Of a stretch of DNA of 64,000 nucleotides, positions 9,592-20,870 are shown piece after piece (position 1 is the stretch's first letter; every line of letters begins with the position of its first letter). Origin of the DNA: an uncultured Enterobacterales bacterium (lineage in GTDB: Bacteria > Myxococcota_A > UBA796 > CAJQPC01); contig CAZSAT010000023.1 of NCBI GenBank assembly GCA_964604675.1, positions 3,228 to 67,227 of the forward strand, given 5' to 3'. The position numbers were made by a program, and so were the translations under genes. The notes under the pieces are model-generated. The model had not been told where the DNA came from and did not search any database. It was given only the letters and a program-made list of their open reading frames with translations.

Positions 9592-10605
9592 TCAGAGGCA
9601 GTCGAGGTAGGCCGCGATGAAGTCGGCGTGGTCCTGCAAGGTCTCGTCGTGCGCGTCGGCGAACTTGTTGCCGCCGCCGTGGTAGATGCCCGTGCTCTCG
9701 CCGAGCACGGTCGAGGCGCTGACGCCCTCGGCGAGGGGCTTGGTGAGGAAGCTCGATGCGGTGGGGTTCGTGGTGTCGATGCCCCCCATGCCGATGACGT
9801 TGTACATCGTCAGCAGGCTCGATTCGGCCTCGTCCCCCGTCCAGGCATAGAAGGGGGTGCCCGGGTACTTCTCAGCCAGGTCTCCGCCTTCGTAGTGGCA
9901 CGACCAGCAGCGGCCGTGCCAGGCCCAGACCTTCTGCTCGAACAGCGCGGCCAGCGCGTCTTCGCTGCAGCCACCGACCGGTGACTCGACGTCCGGCATC
10001 TCGTCGTCGTCGCCGCCCGCCTCACAGGCGTCGTCGATGTCGCCACAGACCACGTCGTGGCACTCCGCCGACCAGGTGATCCACTCATGGAATCCCTCAT
10101 ACTCTGCCTCGATGACGTCCTCGGTGATGAGATCGCTGTCCGGTTCGGCCTGCAGGATCTGGGCGAGCACGGCACTGGCCTCGGGGTCATCGAGGTCGAC
10201 CACGCCCTGCTCGATCATGCAGGCCATGGACTCGCAGGGGGTGTCCTGCACATAGAGCGACAGGTCCACGCCGCTGACGTGGCATTGGTTGCAGGTGGAG
10301 GGGTGCTCGTCGGTGAGCAGGGGCTCGACGTAGCGCTCGTAGAGCTCGAGCTGCCCGTCGGCGGTGCACTCGGCATAGAGCGCGGCGTCGTCGCTGGCGC
10401 TGTCGCCCGTGTCCCCGACAGGACCGCCCGTGTCGCTCACGGCCGTCTCGCAGTCCGGGCTCCCAGCGCAGCCCTCGTCGTCGCAGTCGAAGTCCCCGTC
10501 GCGGTCGTTGTCGGCGGCGTCGGCGCACTCGCCAGCGGCGTCGCCCTCGTAGTCGGATGCGATCGGCGTGGGAGAGCAGGCGAGAAGCAGGCAGAGCATC
10601 CGCAT
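9592..10605 (-). CDS. Diheme c-type cytochrome lipoprotein
   Basis: CNQCH and CWSCH motifs, LLAC lipobox and an Asp/Cys-rich ECADAADNDRDGDFDCDDEGC segment. Confidence 0.8.
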   Translation of the reverse strand: MRMLCLLLACSPTPIASDYEGDAAGECADAADNDRDGDFDCDDEGCAGSPDCETAVSDTGGPVGDTGDSASDDAALYAECTADGQLELYERYVEPLLTDEHPSTCNQCHVSGVDLSLYVQDTPCESMACMIEQGVVDLDDPEASAVLAQILQAEPDSDLITEDVIEAEYEGFHEWITWSAECHDVVCGDIDDACEAGGDDDEMPDVESPVGGCSEDALAALFEQKVWAWHGRCWSCHYEGGDLAEKYPGTPFYAWTGDEAESSLLTMYNVIGMGGIDTTNPTASSFLTKPLAEGVSASTVLGESTGIYHGGGNKFADAHDETLQDHADFIAAYLDCL

Positions 10606-10654
10606 AGCCTACCTTCTCCTGCGCGATGCCGTCCCATCGACGAGCGGCGCAAGG

Positions 10655-10729
10655 TGACCCCAACGGGATTCGAACCCGTGTTGCCGGGATGAAAACCCGG
10701 TGTCCTGGACCTGACTAGACGATGGGGTC
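10655..10729 (-). tRNA. tRNA-Glu (TTC)
   Basis: Acceptor stem GACCCCA/TGGGGTC, anticodon arm CCGGG-TTTTCAT-CCCGG, T-loop GTTCGAATC; CCA not encoded. Confidence 0.96.
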
Positions 10730-10755
10730 TGAAGGAGCGCGCCGAGGGGACGGGG

Positions 10756-10828
10756 TGGGCCGCACAGGGCTCGAACCTGTGACCCTCGGCTTAAAAGGCC
10801 GGTGCTCTGCCAACTGAGCTAGCGGCCC
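10756..10828 (-). tRNA. tRNA-Lys (TTT)
   Basis: Acceptor stem GGGCCGC/GCGGCCC, D-arm GCTC/GAGC, anticodon loop CTTTTAA, GTTCGA T-loop; CCA not encoded. Confidence 0.96.
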
Positions 10829-10845
10829 CGAAGTCCTGATAACAA

Positions 10846-13325
<2,480 letters not shown>

Positions 13326-13385
13326 CCACCCACGCTTGCTCTGCCCCTCGGAGCATACCGCGAGCGATGACCGTTCAACGCACGC

Positions 13386-14261
13386 TCAGTCCTCGTTCCC
13401 CCGTGGGTGGGCGCTCGCGTGCACCGCGAGCAGCCGCTCTGCGCTCACGTGCGCGTAGCGCTGCGTCGTCGAGAGGGACGCATGGCCAAGCTGTTCCTGG
13501 ATAGCGCGCAGATCGGCTCCCCCTGCGAGCAAGTGGGTTGCACAGCTGTGGCGGAGGGCGTGCGGATGCACGCCGGCCACGCCATTGACCCGGCCGGCTT
13601 CGCGGGCGATCCGGTGGAGACTTCGGACTCCGAGCCTGGTACGCCAACGGTTCAGGAACAGGGCTTGCTCTGCCGATTCGCCTCGGGCCTCGAGCCAGAC
13701 CTGAAGCGCCTCGGCTGCCGGGTTTCCGAAGGGGACCTTGCGCTGTTTGCGCCGCTTTCCATGGCGTACGAGCACCAGGCGGTCGGCGAGATCCACGTCG
13801 TCCAGGTCGAGCCCGGCCAGCTCGGACACCCGGAGTCCCGCTCCGTAGGCGAGCTCCAGCGCCGCGCGGTTCCTGAGGGCAAACCAACCGCGCTGCGGTG
13901 GGCGCTCGACCACGCGAGCGCTCTCCTCGACCTGCAGGACGCGAACGACCCGGTGTGGGACCCGCGGGCCACGGAGCCGCTCCGCCGGAGAGGCCTCGAG
14001 CATGCCGCTGGAGACCGCCCATCGGTAGTAGGTCCGGTAGGCGGCGATGCGGCGCCGGGTGGTGGCCGGAGCGCCTCGGGGCAGCGACGCGAGGTGCGCG
14101 CGAAGCTGGCCAGTCGTCGCGTCCAGCCGGTCGACGCCCCGCTCCTCGAGCCACGTCGACAGCACCTCGAGCTCGTGGGAATAGGCTCGCAGCGTGTGCG
14201 CACTCGCCCCGCGCTCGGCGCGCAAGAAGGTCAGGAAACCGACGATGTCGCCCGTGCTCAC
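13386..14261 (-). CDS. xerC: Tyrosine recombinase XerC-like
   Basis: LAYGAGLRVSEL and HPHALRHSCATHLLAGGADLRAIQEQLGHASLSTTQRY carry the R, HxxR, H and Y catalytic residues; N-terminal SAHTLRAY; next to topA; GTG start 14261. Confidence 0.88.
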   Translation of the reverse strand: MSTGDIVGFLTFLRAERGASAHTLRAYSHELEVLSTWLEERGVDRLDATTGQLRAHLASLPRGAPATTRRRIAAYRTYYRWAVSSGMLEASPAERLRGPRVPHRVVRVLQVEESARVVERPPQRGWFALRNRAALELAYGAGLRVSELAGLDLDDVDLADRLVLVRHGKRRKQRKVPFGNPAAEALQVWLEARGESAEQALFLNRWRTRLGVRSLHRIAREAGRVNGVAGVHPHALRHSCATHLLAGGADLRAIQEQLGHASLSTTQRYAHVSAERLLAVHASAHPRGNED

Positions 14262-14336
14262 GACGACAAGTATAGGTCGCGGACCTTGCCGCGACGCGCG
14301 GAGTTGCCTAAGAACGCGCTCCACCCCCGGAGCACC

Positions 14337-17048
14337 ATGGGCAAGCCGCTCGTCATCGTCGAGTCCCCCGCCAAGGCCCGGACCATCGCCCGCTTCCTGG
14401 GCGGCGAGTTCGAGGTCGCCGCTTCCGTGGGGCACGTTCGCGACCTTCCCGAGAGCGCGAAGGACATCCCGGCGCGGTACCGCGACAAGAAGTGGGCCCG
14501 CACGGCCGTCGATGTCGAGAACGACTTCGCGCCCCTGTACGTCCTCACCGAGCGCGGACGCGAACAGGTCAAGAAGCTGAAGCCGCTCTTGTCGGCCGCG
14601 CCCGAGCTGCTGCTCGCCACGGATGAGGACCGCGAGGGTGAGGCGATCGCCTGGCACCTGGTCGAGGTGCTCAAGCCGAAGGTCCCCATCCGCCGCCTGG
14701 TCTTCCACGAGATCACCAAGCGCGCGATCGAACAGGCGCTCGACAACGCCCGGTCCCTGGACCAGAACCTGGTCAAGGCCCAGGAGACGCGCCGCATCGT
14801 CGATCGCTTGTTCGGCTACAACGTGTCGCCCGTGCTGTGGCGCAAGGTGCGGCCCAAGCTCTCGGCCGGGCGCGTCCAGTCCGTGGCCGTGCGTCTGGTC
14901 GTCGAGCGCGAGAGGGAGCGTCTCGCGTTCCACAGCGGCACGTGGTGGGACCTGGCAGGTCAACTCTCCGCAGACGACGAGGAGTTCCGCGCCAACGTGG
15001 TCGAGTTGGGCGGCCAGCGTGTCGCCACCGGGAGGGACTTCGACCCCGCCACGGGTGCCCTCAAGGCCGGCAGCAAGGCGCTGCTCCTCGACGAAGCGGC
15101 TGCGAAGTCCGTCGTGGCCCGGCTGGTCGGCCAGACCGGCAAGGTCACGCGCCGCGAAGCCAAGCCCTTCAAGGAACGCCCCGCGCCGCCCTTCACCACC
15201 TCCACCCTCCAACAGGAGGCCAACCGGAAGCTCCGATGGTCGGCGCGCCGGACGATGCAGGTCGCGCAGCGCCTGTACGAAAACGGCTGGATCACCTACA
15301 TGCGCACGGACTCCATGAGCCTCTCGGCGGAGGCCGTGGCGGCTGCCCGGAAGCTGGTCGAGCACGAGTTCGGATCCGACTACCTCCCGCCGAAGCCCCG
15401 CACCTACCGGACCAAGGCCAAGGGCGCGCAGGAGGCCCACGAGGCCATCCGGCCGGCCGGCGAGCGCTTTCGCGAGGCCGCGGACTGCCGCAAGGCGATG
15501 GGCGACGAAGCCGCACGGCTCTACGACGTGGTGCTGAAGCGCACGCTCGCCTGCCAGATGGCGGATGCGCGCGGCGAACGTGCCACCCTCGAGGTCACGG
15601 TCGACGATGCGCTGCTCCGCACGAGCGGCAAGACCTACCTCTTCGCCGGGTTCCGTCGGGTCTACGTGCGCGACATGGACGAGGAGGAGGCGTCCGACGC
15701 TCTCGCCGAGCGGGTGCTGCCAGCCCTGCAGCCCGGCGATGCCACCACTCTGGACGGTCTCGAGGCCGCATCCCACGACACGCAGCCGCCGTCTCGCCTG
15801 ACCGAGGCAAGCCTCGTCAAGCAGCTCGAGGCGCGAGGCATCGGTCGCCCGTCGACCTACGCCAGCATCATCGACACGATCCTCCGGCGTGGGTACGTCT
15901 TCAAGCGCGGCACCACGCTCATCCCGACCTGGACGGCCTTCGCCGTCACCCGGCTGATGGAGTCGCACTTCGAGGCCCTCGTCGACTACGACTTCACCGC
16001 GAAGCTCGAGAGCGGACTGGACGAGATTGCCGAGGGCCGCGCCGAACGCCTCGGCTACCTCACGGACTTCTACTCGGGCTCCGGTCGACACCCGGGCCTG
16101 GTGCCCCTCATCGAGCTCGCCCAGGCGAACGCGGACCCGCGAACGGTGTGCACCATCACCCTCGGCAAGAGCTCGGATGGCCACGACGTCGACGTCCGCG
16201 TCGGCCGATTCGGCCCCTTCGTCTCCTACGATGGCGCCACCCGCTCCCTGCCCGATGACATGGCGCCTGACGAGCTCTCGCTGGAGAAGGCGCTCGAGCT
16301 CGTGCTCAGCCAGCCCGATGGCCCTCGTGTGCTCGGCACCGACCCCGAGACCAAGCTCGAAGTCACGCTGCGCGACGGGCGCTTCGGCCCCTACGTGCAG
16401 CTCGGCGAGCAGCCCGAAGGCAAGAAGGCCCAGAAGCCGAAGCGAGCGAGTGTGCCCAAGGGCACGCCGCTGGAAGACGTCGACCTCGCCTCCGCCCTCA
16501 CCTGGCTCGCGCTGCCCCGCGTGGTCGGCGAGACACCGGAAGGGCAGGTCGTGCTGGCCAAGAACGGTCGGTTCGGCCCCTACATCGACGTGGAGGGACT
16601 CAAGGACGGGCGGCGGAGCCTGGGAGACGACCTGTCGCCCTACACGGTCACCCTGGCCGAGGCCATGGAGCTCCTCTCGAAGCCGAAGCAGCGGCGCGGC
16701 GTCAAGGTGCTGCGCGAGCTCGGAAAGGACGCCGAAGGACGAGGTATCGAGCTCCGCAGTGGTCGCTACGGCCCCTACATCACCGATGGAGAGACGAACG
16801 CCACGCTGAAGCGCGGCATGGACGCCGACGCCCTCACCCTGGAGGAGGCGAACGTCATGCTCCAGCACAAGCGCGACAACCCGAGCACGAAGCGAAAGAA
16901 GGCACCGGCCAAGAAGAAGACGGCGGCCAAGAAGAAGACGGCGGCCAAGAAGAAGGCACCGGCCAAGAAGAAGACCACGGCCAAGAAGACAGCAGCGAAG
17001 AAGGCCCCGAAGAAGAAGGCCACCGCGAAGGCCCCCTCGGACGCCTGA
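14337..17048 (+). CDS. topA: DNA topoisomerase I with repeat-type C-terminus and Lys-rich tail
   Basis: IVESPAKA, ATDEDREGE, SAGRVQS, ITYMRTDS, HEAIRP; repeated GRFGPY C-terminal units; AKKK tail; start ATG 14337. Confidence 0.97.
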   Translation: MGKPLVIVESPAKARTIARFLGGEFEVAASVGHVRDLPESAKDIPARYRDKKWARTAVDVENDFAPLYVLTERGREQVKKLKPLLSAAPELLLATDEDREGEAIAWHLVEVLKPKVPIRRLVFHEITKRAIEQALDNARSLDQNLVKAQETRRIVDRLFGYNVSPVLWRKVRPKLSAGRVQSVAVRLVVERERERLAFHSGTWWDLAGQLSADDEEFRANVVELGGQRVATGRDFDPATGALKAGSKALLLDEAAAKSVVARLVGQTGKVTRREAKPFKERPAPPFTTSTLQQEANRKLRWSARRTMQVAQRLYENGWITYMRTDSMSLSAEAVAAARKLVEHEFGSDYLPPKPRTYRTKAKGAQEAHEAIRPAGERFREAADCRKAMGDEAARLYDVVLKRTLACQMADARGERATLEVTVDDALLRTSGKTYLFAGFRRVYVRDMDEEEASDALAERVLPALQPGDATTLDGLEAASHDTQPPSRLTEASLVKQLEARGIGRPSTYASIIDTILRRGYVFKRGTTLIPTWTAFAVTRLMESHFEALVDYDFTAKLESGLDEIAEGRAERLGYLTDFYSGSGRHPGLVPLIELAQANADPRTVCTITLGKSSDGHDVDVRVGRFGPFVSYDGATRSLPDDMAPDELSLEKALELVLSQPDGPRVLGTDPETKLEVTLRDGRFGPYVQLGEQPEGKKAQKPKRASVPKGTPLEDVDLASALTWLALPRVVGETPEGQVVLAKNGRFGPYIDVEGLKDGRRSLGDDLSPYTVTLAEAMELLSKPKQRRGVKVLRELGKDAEGRGIELRSGRYGPYITDGETNATLKRGMDADALTLEEANVMLQHKRDNPSTKRKKAPAKKKTAAKKKTAAKKKAPAKKKTTAKKTAAKKAPKKKATAKAPSDA
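16896..16982 (+). repeat. About five copies of an 18-bp coding repeat (KKKTAA/KKKAPA) in the topA tail
   Basis: AAGAAGAAGACGGCGGCC-like units at 16911, 16929, 16947 and 16965, plus a partial unit at 16896. Confidence 0.9.
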
Positions 17049-17054
17049 GGCGCC

Positions 17055-17306
17055 TCAACCGAACAGCAGACGCCACTCCAGCGTGAGGAGGCGTGCCTGC
17101 TCCTCCTCGGACGGAGGCACCTCGAAGAGGAGTGCAGCGACCTCCCTTCGCAGGTGCGCCCCGCTCAACGGCTCCTCGGCGCCCTGCAACCGCACCGCCA
17201 GGGCATCGAGCGCGGCGTGGTCCAGGTGCCCGAGCTCCACGAGCGCGTGCAGCAGCTGCTGGGCTTCGGACGTGAGGGCCAGCGAGAGGTTCTCAGCAGA
17301 GCTCAT
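17055..17306 (-). CDS. Small protein resembling the C-terminal half of Smg/DUF494
   Basis: Directly downstream of dprA. LTSEAQQLLHALVELGHLD...LRREVAALLF resembles the Smg pattern by eye only. Confidence 0.55.
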   Translation of the reverse strand: MSSAENLSLALTSEAQQLLHALVELGHLDHAALDALAVRLQGAEEPLSGAHLRREVAALLFEVPPSEEEQARLLTLEWRLLFG

Positions 17307-18315
17307 ACCGGTGGTCGGCTAACCGACGGACTGTCCCGGTCAACTCGAGCAGGGACAGAACCGTTCGGGTGTCGCGACTCGGGAGCTCGAGCTCTCGGCT
17401 GAGCTGCGGTACCGACGCGGGACCGGCCGACAGGGTGCGGACCACGACGGCGGACGGCGAATCACGCACGGCGAGCAACGACAGCACGCTCGCCGGTGTC
17501 CGGTAGAGGCGAGCGCCACCCTCCAGCAGGTCGAGCACTCCGGCGGACGCTGGCGCATGGATCGGCCCGGGAACACCGAACACGGGCCGCCCGAGCTGCG
17601 CGGCGTGCCGCGCGGTGATCAGCGCGCCACTCCGGGTGGCAGCTTCGACGACGACCGTGGCCTCGCCGAGCGCCGCAAGCACGCGGTTCCGACGGGGAAA
17701 GGTGTGCCGCGATGGCGGGTCGCCCGGCGGCAACTTCACCGCAGTCTACAATGGGAGCGACCTCCGCAACAGCCCCTCGCGAGCCAGGCGCGCATGCAGC
17801 TTCCGTGCACCGTACGACGGCGCGTGGTCCAAGCCAGCGCCTAGCACCGCAATCGTTCCTCCAGCATCGAGTGCGCCCTCGTGCGCCGACGTGTCCACCC
17901 CCCGCGCGGCGCCGGAGACGAGCACGCCACCCGCCTGGGCGACCGCTCGGCCGAGGTCTCGCGCGACGCCCCGCCCGTACGACGTACACGCCCTCGAACC
18001 CACCACGGTGATCCCAGGCCGGTCGAGCAGATCCAGGCGACCGCGCAAGCACACGAGGGCGGGTGGGCTGGAGAGCTCCAGCAGGGACGCTGGGTAGCGA
18101 TCGTCGTCCACGGTCCACCACACGCCGTCGAAGGGCTGAGGGCAGGTGTCCGGCAAGCTGGCTACCAGACGAGGCGGCACGCCGTGCGCGAGCAAGATGC
18201 TCTCGGGTGCCTGCTCGAAGCCCTGGCGGCCGAGGAGGCTCAGGACGGGCCGAACGTCGAAACCACTGGACCACCGCGCTGCGGCGATCCAACGGGCGGG
18301 AATCTGGGAGGTCAC
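17293..18315 (-). pseudogene. dprA: DNA-processing protein DprA interrupted by an in-frame TAG (17746-17748)
   Basis: 5' part has VVGSRACT, VSGAARGVD and AVLGAG; 3' part has FPRRNR, VVVEAATRSGALITA and VPG. Both halves are in one frame, separated by RRSLPL*TAV. Confidence 0.8.
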
Positions 18316-18363
18316 GCTTCCATACCTTCTGGAAGCGGACGCGAACGGACCCGCTCTGTAGCG

Positions 18364-19437
18364 CTACTCGATGGTCATCGCCACGCGATCGCCCGCAACG
18401 ACTCGCCGCGCGGCGTCCGTGACGACGGCCGTGGCGTGATCTTCTTCGACCCGCACCACCACCACGCGACCAACGACCTGCTGAGGGATCTTGTCGTCCC
18501 AGCCATTGATGTCCACGCCTTCGTCGCGACGATGGATCGTGTAGAAGGTATCGCCGACCTGCACGCCGTCGCTCCGCCCAACATCGAGGAACACCGTGGC
18601 GGCGTCCGCCTCCAGGATGGCCAGCTGGTTCAGACGCTCCACCACCACGCCATCGAGATCGCCGCGCGGTGGAGTGACGCCAACCCGGGTCACGACCGGC
18701 ATGACCGGACCAACCAGATCGCCACGCTCGGCCTCGATGAACGAGGTGCGGATTTCCGCCGTTGCGACGTTGCCTTCCGTGTGCACGATCACGGCGTCGG
18801 CCACGATCTGGAACAGGTGCCCGTACTTCTTCCGCCGGGTCTCGGGGTGCTTGACCTTCTTGATTCGACGGAAGAGCTGCACGACGTCGCCGCACTCCAC
18901 ACCTTCGATGTCGTCGAGCTCGAGGTACACGAGGTCGAGCTCACCCAACCAGAGGTTGCCGGTCTTGGCACCATAGACAACGCCCAGGGTCTGGACCTCC
19001 TTCTTGTCGGCCAGGAAGCCAGGCGAGCTGAAGTCAGCTTGGGGCTTGCTGGTCTCGAAGCGCACGTCCGGACCGCACTCCGCCGGGGCGGTGTCGTAGT
19101 CGTAGCTCGCGACGATGTAGCCCTCGGGAACGCCACCATCCTCCAGGTCGACCCTCGGCGGCTCGAGCAACGTACCTGGCGTGAACCGGATGCGGTTGCC
19201 CGGGTAGATCCAGTGCGGGTTGGTGATGTAGTCGTTGATCGACCACAGCCGGGGCCAGTAGTACGGGTTGCCCAGGAACTTGTAGGAGATGTCCCACAAG
19301 GTGTCCCCGGCGGTGATGCCGTAGAACTCGGGCGGCGCCGAAGGCTCGGCGACGGTCGGTTCGGTCAGCGACAGCAGATCCTGGGCTGATGCAGTCGGGC
19401 CCATCGTGAGCCCCATCAGCACGCACAACTTCAGCAT
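18364..19437 (-). CDS. LysM peptidoglycan-binding protein, TsaP-like
   Basis: Signal peptide then LysM GDTLWDIS...WPRLW...NPHWIYPG; position upstream of dprA matches the known tsaP-dprA synteny. Confidence 0.8.
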   Translation of the reverse strand: MLKLCVLMGLTMGPTASAQDLLSLTEPTVAEPSAPPEFYGITAGDTLWDISYKFLGNPYYWPRLWSINDYITNPHWIYPGNRIRFTPGTLLEPPRVDLEDGGVPEGYIVASYDYDTAPAECGPDVRFETSKPQADFSSPGFLADKKEVQTLGVVYGAKTGNLWLGELDLVYLELDDIEGVECGDVVQLFRRIKKVKHPETRRKKYGHLFQIVADAVIVHTEGNVATAEIRTSFIEAERGDLVGPVMPVVTRVGVTPPRGDLDGVVVERLNQLAILEADAATVFLDVGRSDGVQVGDTFYTIHRRDEGVDINGWDDKIPQQVVGRVVVVRVEEDHATAVVTDAARRVVAGDRVAMTIE

Positions 19438-19463
19438 GGGCTCTCCAAGAGTCCTCAGCGGCC

Positions 19464-19492
19464 ATCATGCTCCGTGAGGCCGCCAGAGTCAA
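19464..19492 (-). promoter_or_regulatory. Sigma70-type promoter for LysM-dprA-smg
   Basis: TTGACT-17 nt-CATGAT on the minus strand, about 27 nt upstream of ATG 19437. Confidence 0.55.
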
Positions 19493-19501
19493 TGTGGGCG
19501 C

Positions 19502-19849
19502 TCAGCAGCCCTCGCGGCCGTAGTCGTCGGAGTGCCGGACGACGTCGTCCAGGTGCGGCGTCGAGACCTCGTAGACCTCGCAGTCGGTGACCGCGGTCAT
19601 GCGATGACGGGCTCCCGGCGCGATGTGCCGCGCCTCGCCGGGGCCCAGTCGATGCAACACGAGCTCACCGTCCACACCGGACAGCTCCAGGTCCATCGTC
19701 CCGGTCGCCACGCGAACGGTCTCCTCCTTCACCTCGTGGTGCTGGAGGCTGAGCCGGTGGCCAGCCTTGATGTACAGGACCTTGCCTACGTAGTCGTGGG
19801 TCTCCGCCCAGATCTCTTCGTGCCCCCAGGGCTTGTCGACGCGCCGCAC
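19502..19849 (-). CDS. Cupin (mannose-6-phosphate isomerase-like) protein
   Basis: KPWGHEE, LSLQHHEVKEE and HRMTA, EVSTP motifs. Confidence 0.8.
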   Translation of the reverse strand: MRRVDKPWGHEEIWAETHDYVGKVLYIKAGHRLSLQHHEVKEETVRVATGTMDLELSGVDGELVLHRLGPGEARHIAPGARHRMTAVTDCEVYEVSTPHLDDVVRHSDDYGREGC

Positions 19850-20508
19850 TATTGGACCTCGGTCACCATCAAGTCGGACTGACCGAGGGACTCGCCCAGC
19901 TCCAGAGCAGCCTTCTCGGCCGCTCCCTTGGTTCCATAAGGCCCGATCCGCACGCGATACCAGGTCTGACCCTTCACGAAGGCTTCGATCCTGTAGGCGC
20001 TGTGATCCTGCTCACGGAGCGCAACCACGCGAGCCTCGGCCTCATCGAGGGTTGGAAATGCGGCCACCTGGACCGCCCACCCATCGGTGGGAACGCCGTC
20101 GCCGGGCACTGGAGGTACCGGGGCCGTCTCGACGGGCGCTTCGACGAGCGCCACCACGGGGACCTCGTCGACAGGCTCCACCACGTCGGGCACGACGACC
20201 TCGAGCTCAGCGGCCTTGAGCTGGTCGGGGAAGCTCAGGGTGCCGGCCTGGGCGGTGGGCAGCTCCGCGGCCGCCGCCTCTTCGACCCGCGCGAGCAGAT
20301 CCGCCAGGCTGTCTGCCTGCTCGGCACCGCCCACCAACGTGGCCACGGGTGCAACCGGCACCTCGATGGCGCCCTGGCGCTTTCCGACCGTCAGCCCCAC
20401 GAAGAACGCGAGCGCGGCCAGGAAGAGGGTCGTGGTTCCCAGCGCGGCCAGGTGGCCTTGGGTGAGCCAGTACTGGCCGGGACCTCGAAGTCGTGACGCT
20501 TCTCTCAT
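19849..20508 (-). CDS. SPOR-domain membrane protein
   Basis: N-terminal TM helix; C-terminal WAVQVAAF...WYRVRIGPY...A SPOR domain. Confidence 0.85.
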   Translation of the reverse strand: MREASRLRGPGQYWLTQGHLAALGTTTLFLAALAFFVGLTVGKRQGAIEVPVAPVATLVGGAEQADSLADLLARVEEAAAAELPTAQAGTLSFPDQLKAAELEVVVPDVVEPVDEVPVVALVEAPVETAPVPPVPGDGVPTDGWAVQVAAFPTLDEAEARVVALREQDHSAYRIEAFVKGQTWYRVRIGPYGTKGAAEKAALELGESLGQSDLMVTEVQ

Positions 20509-20529
20509 CCCATGCAGTATAAGGCGATC

Positions 20530-20868
20530 TCAGTCGTCTTGACACGACAAGAGATCTGCCGGGATCCACGATCCCGGCTCGTCGCTCAGCTTGAAGGCCT
20601 CGAGCCGGTGGTCCACCACCTCGGCAAGCCACGCCTCTTCGACGGTGCGGCGCGCGGCCTCCAGGCGACTCACGACCTGCGAGCGCTCACCGCCCACCAC
20701 GGCAAAGCCGATGACCAGCCGATCCAGTCGATCGGCCTCGCCCACCTCGGCGCCCGCCAGGTCCAGCCGCGCCACACACCCGAAGACGCGAGCGCGCAGT
20801 GCGCGCTTGTCCTTCAGGGAGCGCGCCTGACGCACGCGGAAGCTCAACCGGAGCGCTCCGACCCACAT
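20530..20868 (-). CDS. DUF503 (YlxP-like) protein
   Basis: MWVGALRL...SLKDKR...AEVG motif, immediately downstream of infB. Confidence 0.8.
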   Translation of the reverse strand: MWVGALRLSFRVRQARSLKDKRALRARVFGCVARLDLAGAEVGEADRLDRLVIGFAVVGGERSQVVSRLEAARRTVEEAWLAEVVDHRLEAFKLSDEPGSWIPADLLSCQDD

Positions 20869-20870
20869 GA

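Noticed and set aside
13386-14261. Tyrosine recombinase as a phage or island integrase
   Set aside because: Size, motifs and topA/dprA context fit housekeeping XerC; no att sites or mobile genes nearby.
13386-17048. 1160-aa (13386-16868, -) and 1213-aa (13407-17048, +) ORFs
   Set aside because: They are in-frame upstream extensions of xerC and topA running antisense to the real neighbour; a high-GC artefact.
17746-17748. Pyrrolysine or genetic-code reassignment of TAG in dprA
   Set aside because: Other genes here end normally at TAG (e.g. the MCO, purA, mraY) and no pyl genes are visible; the stop lies in a non-homologous insertion.
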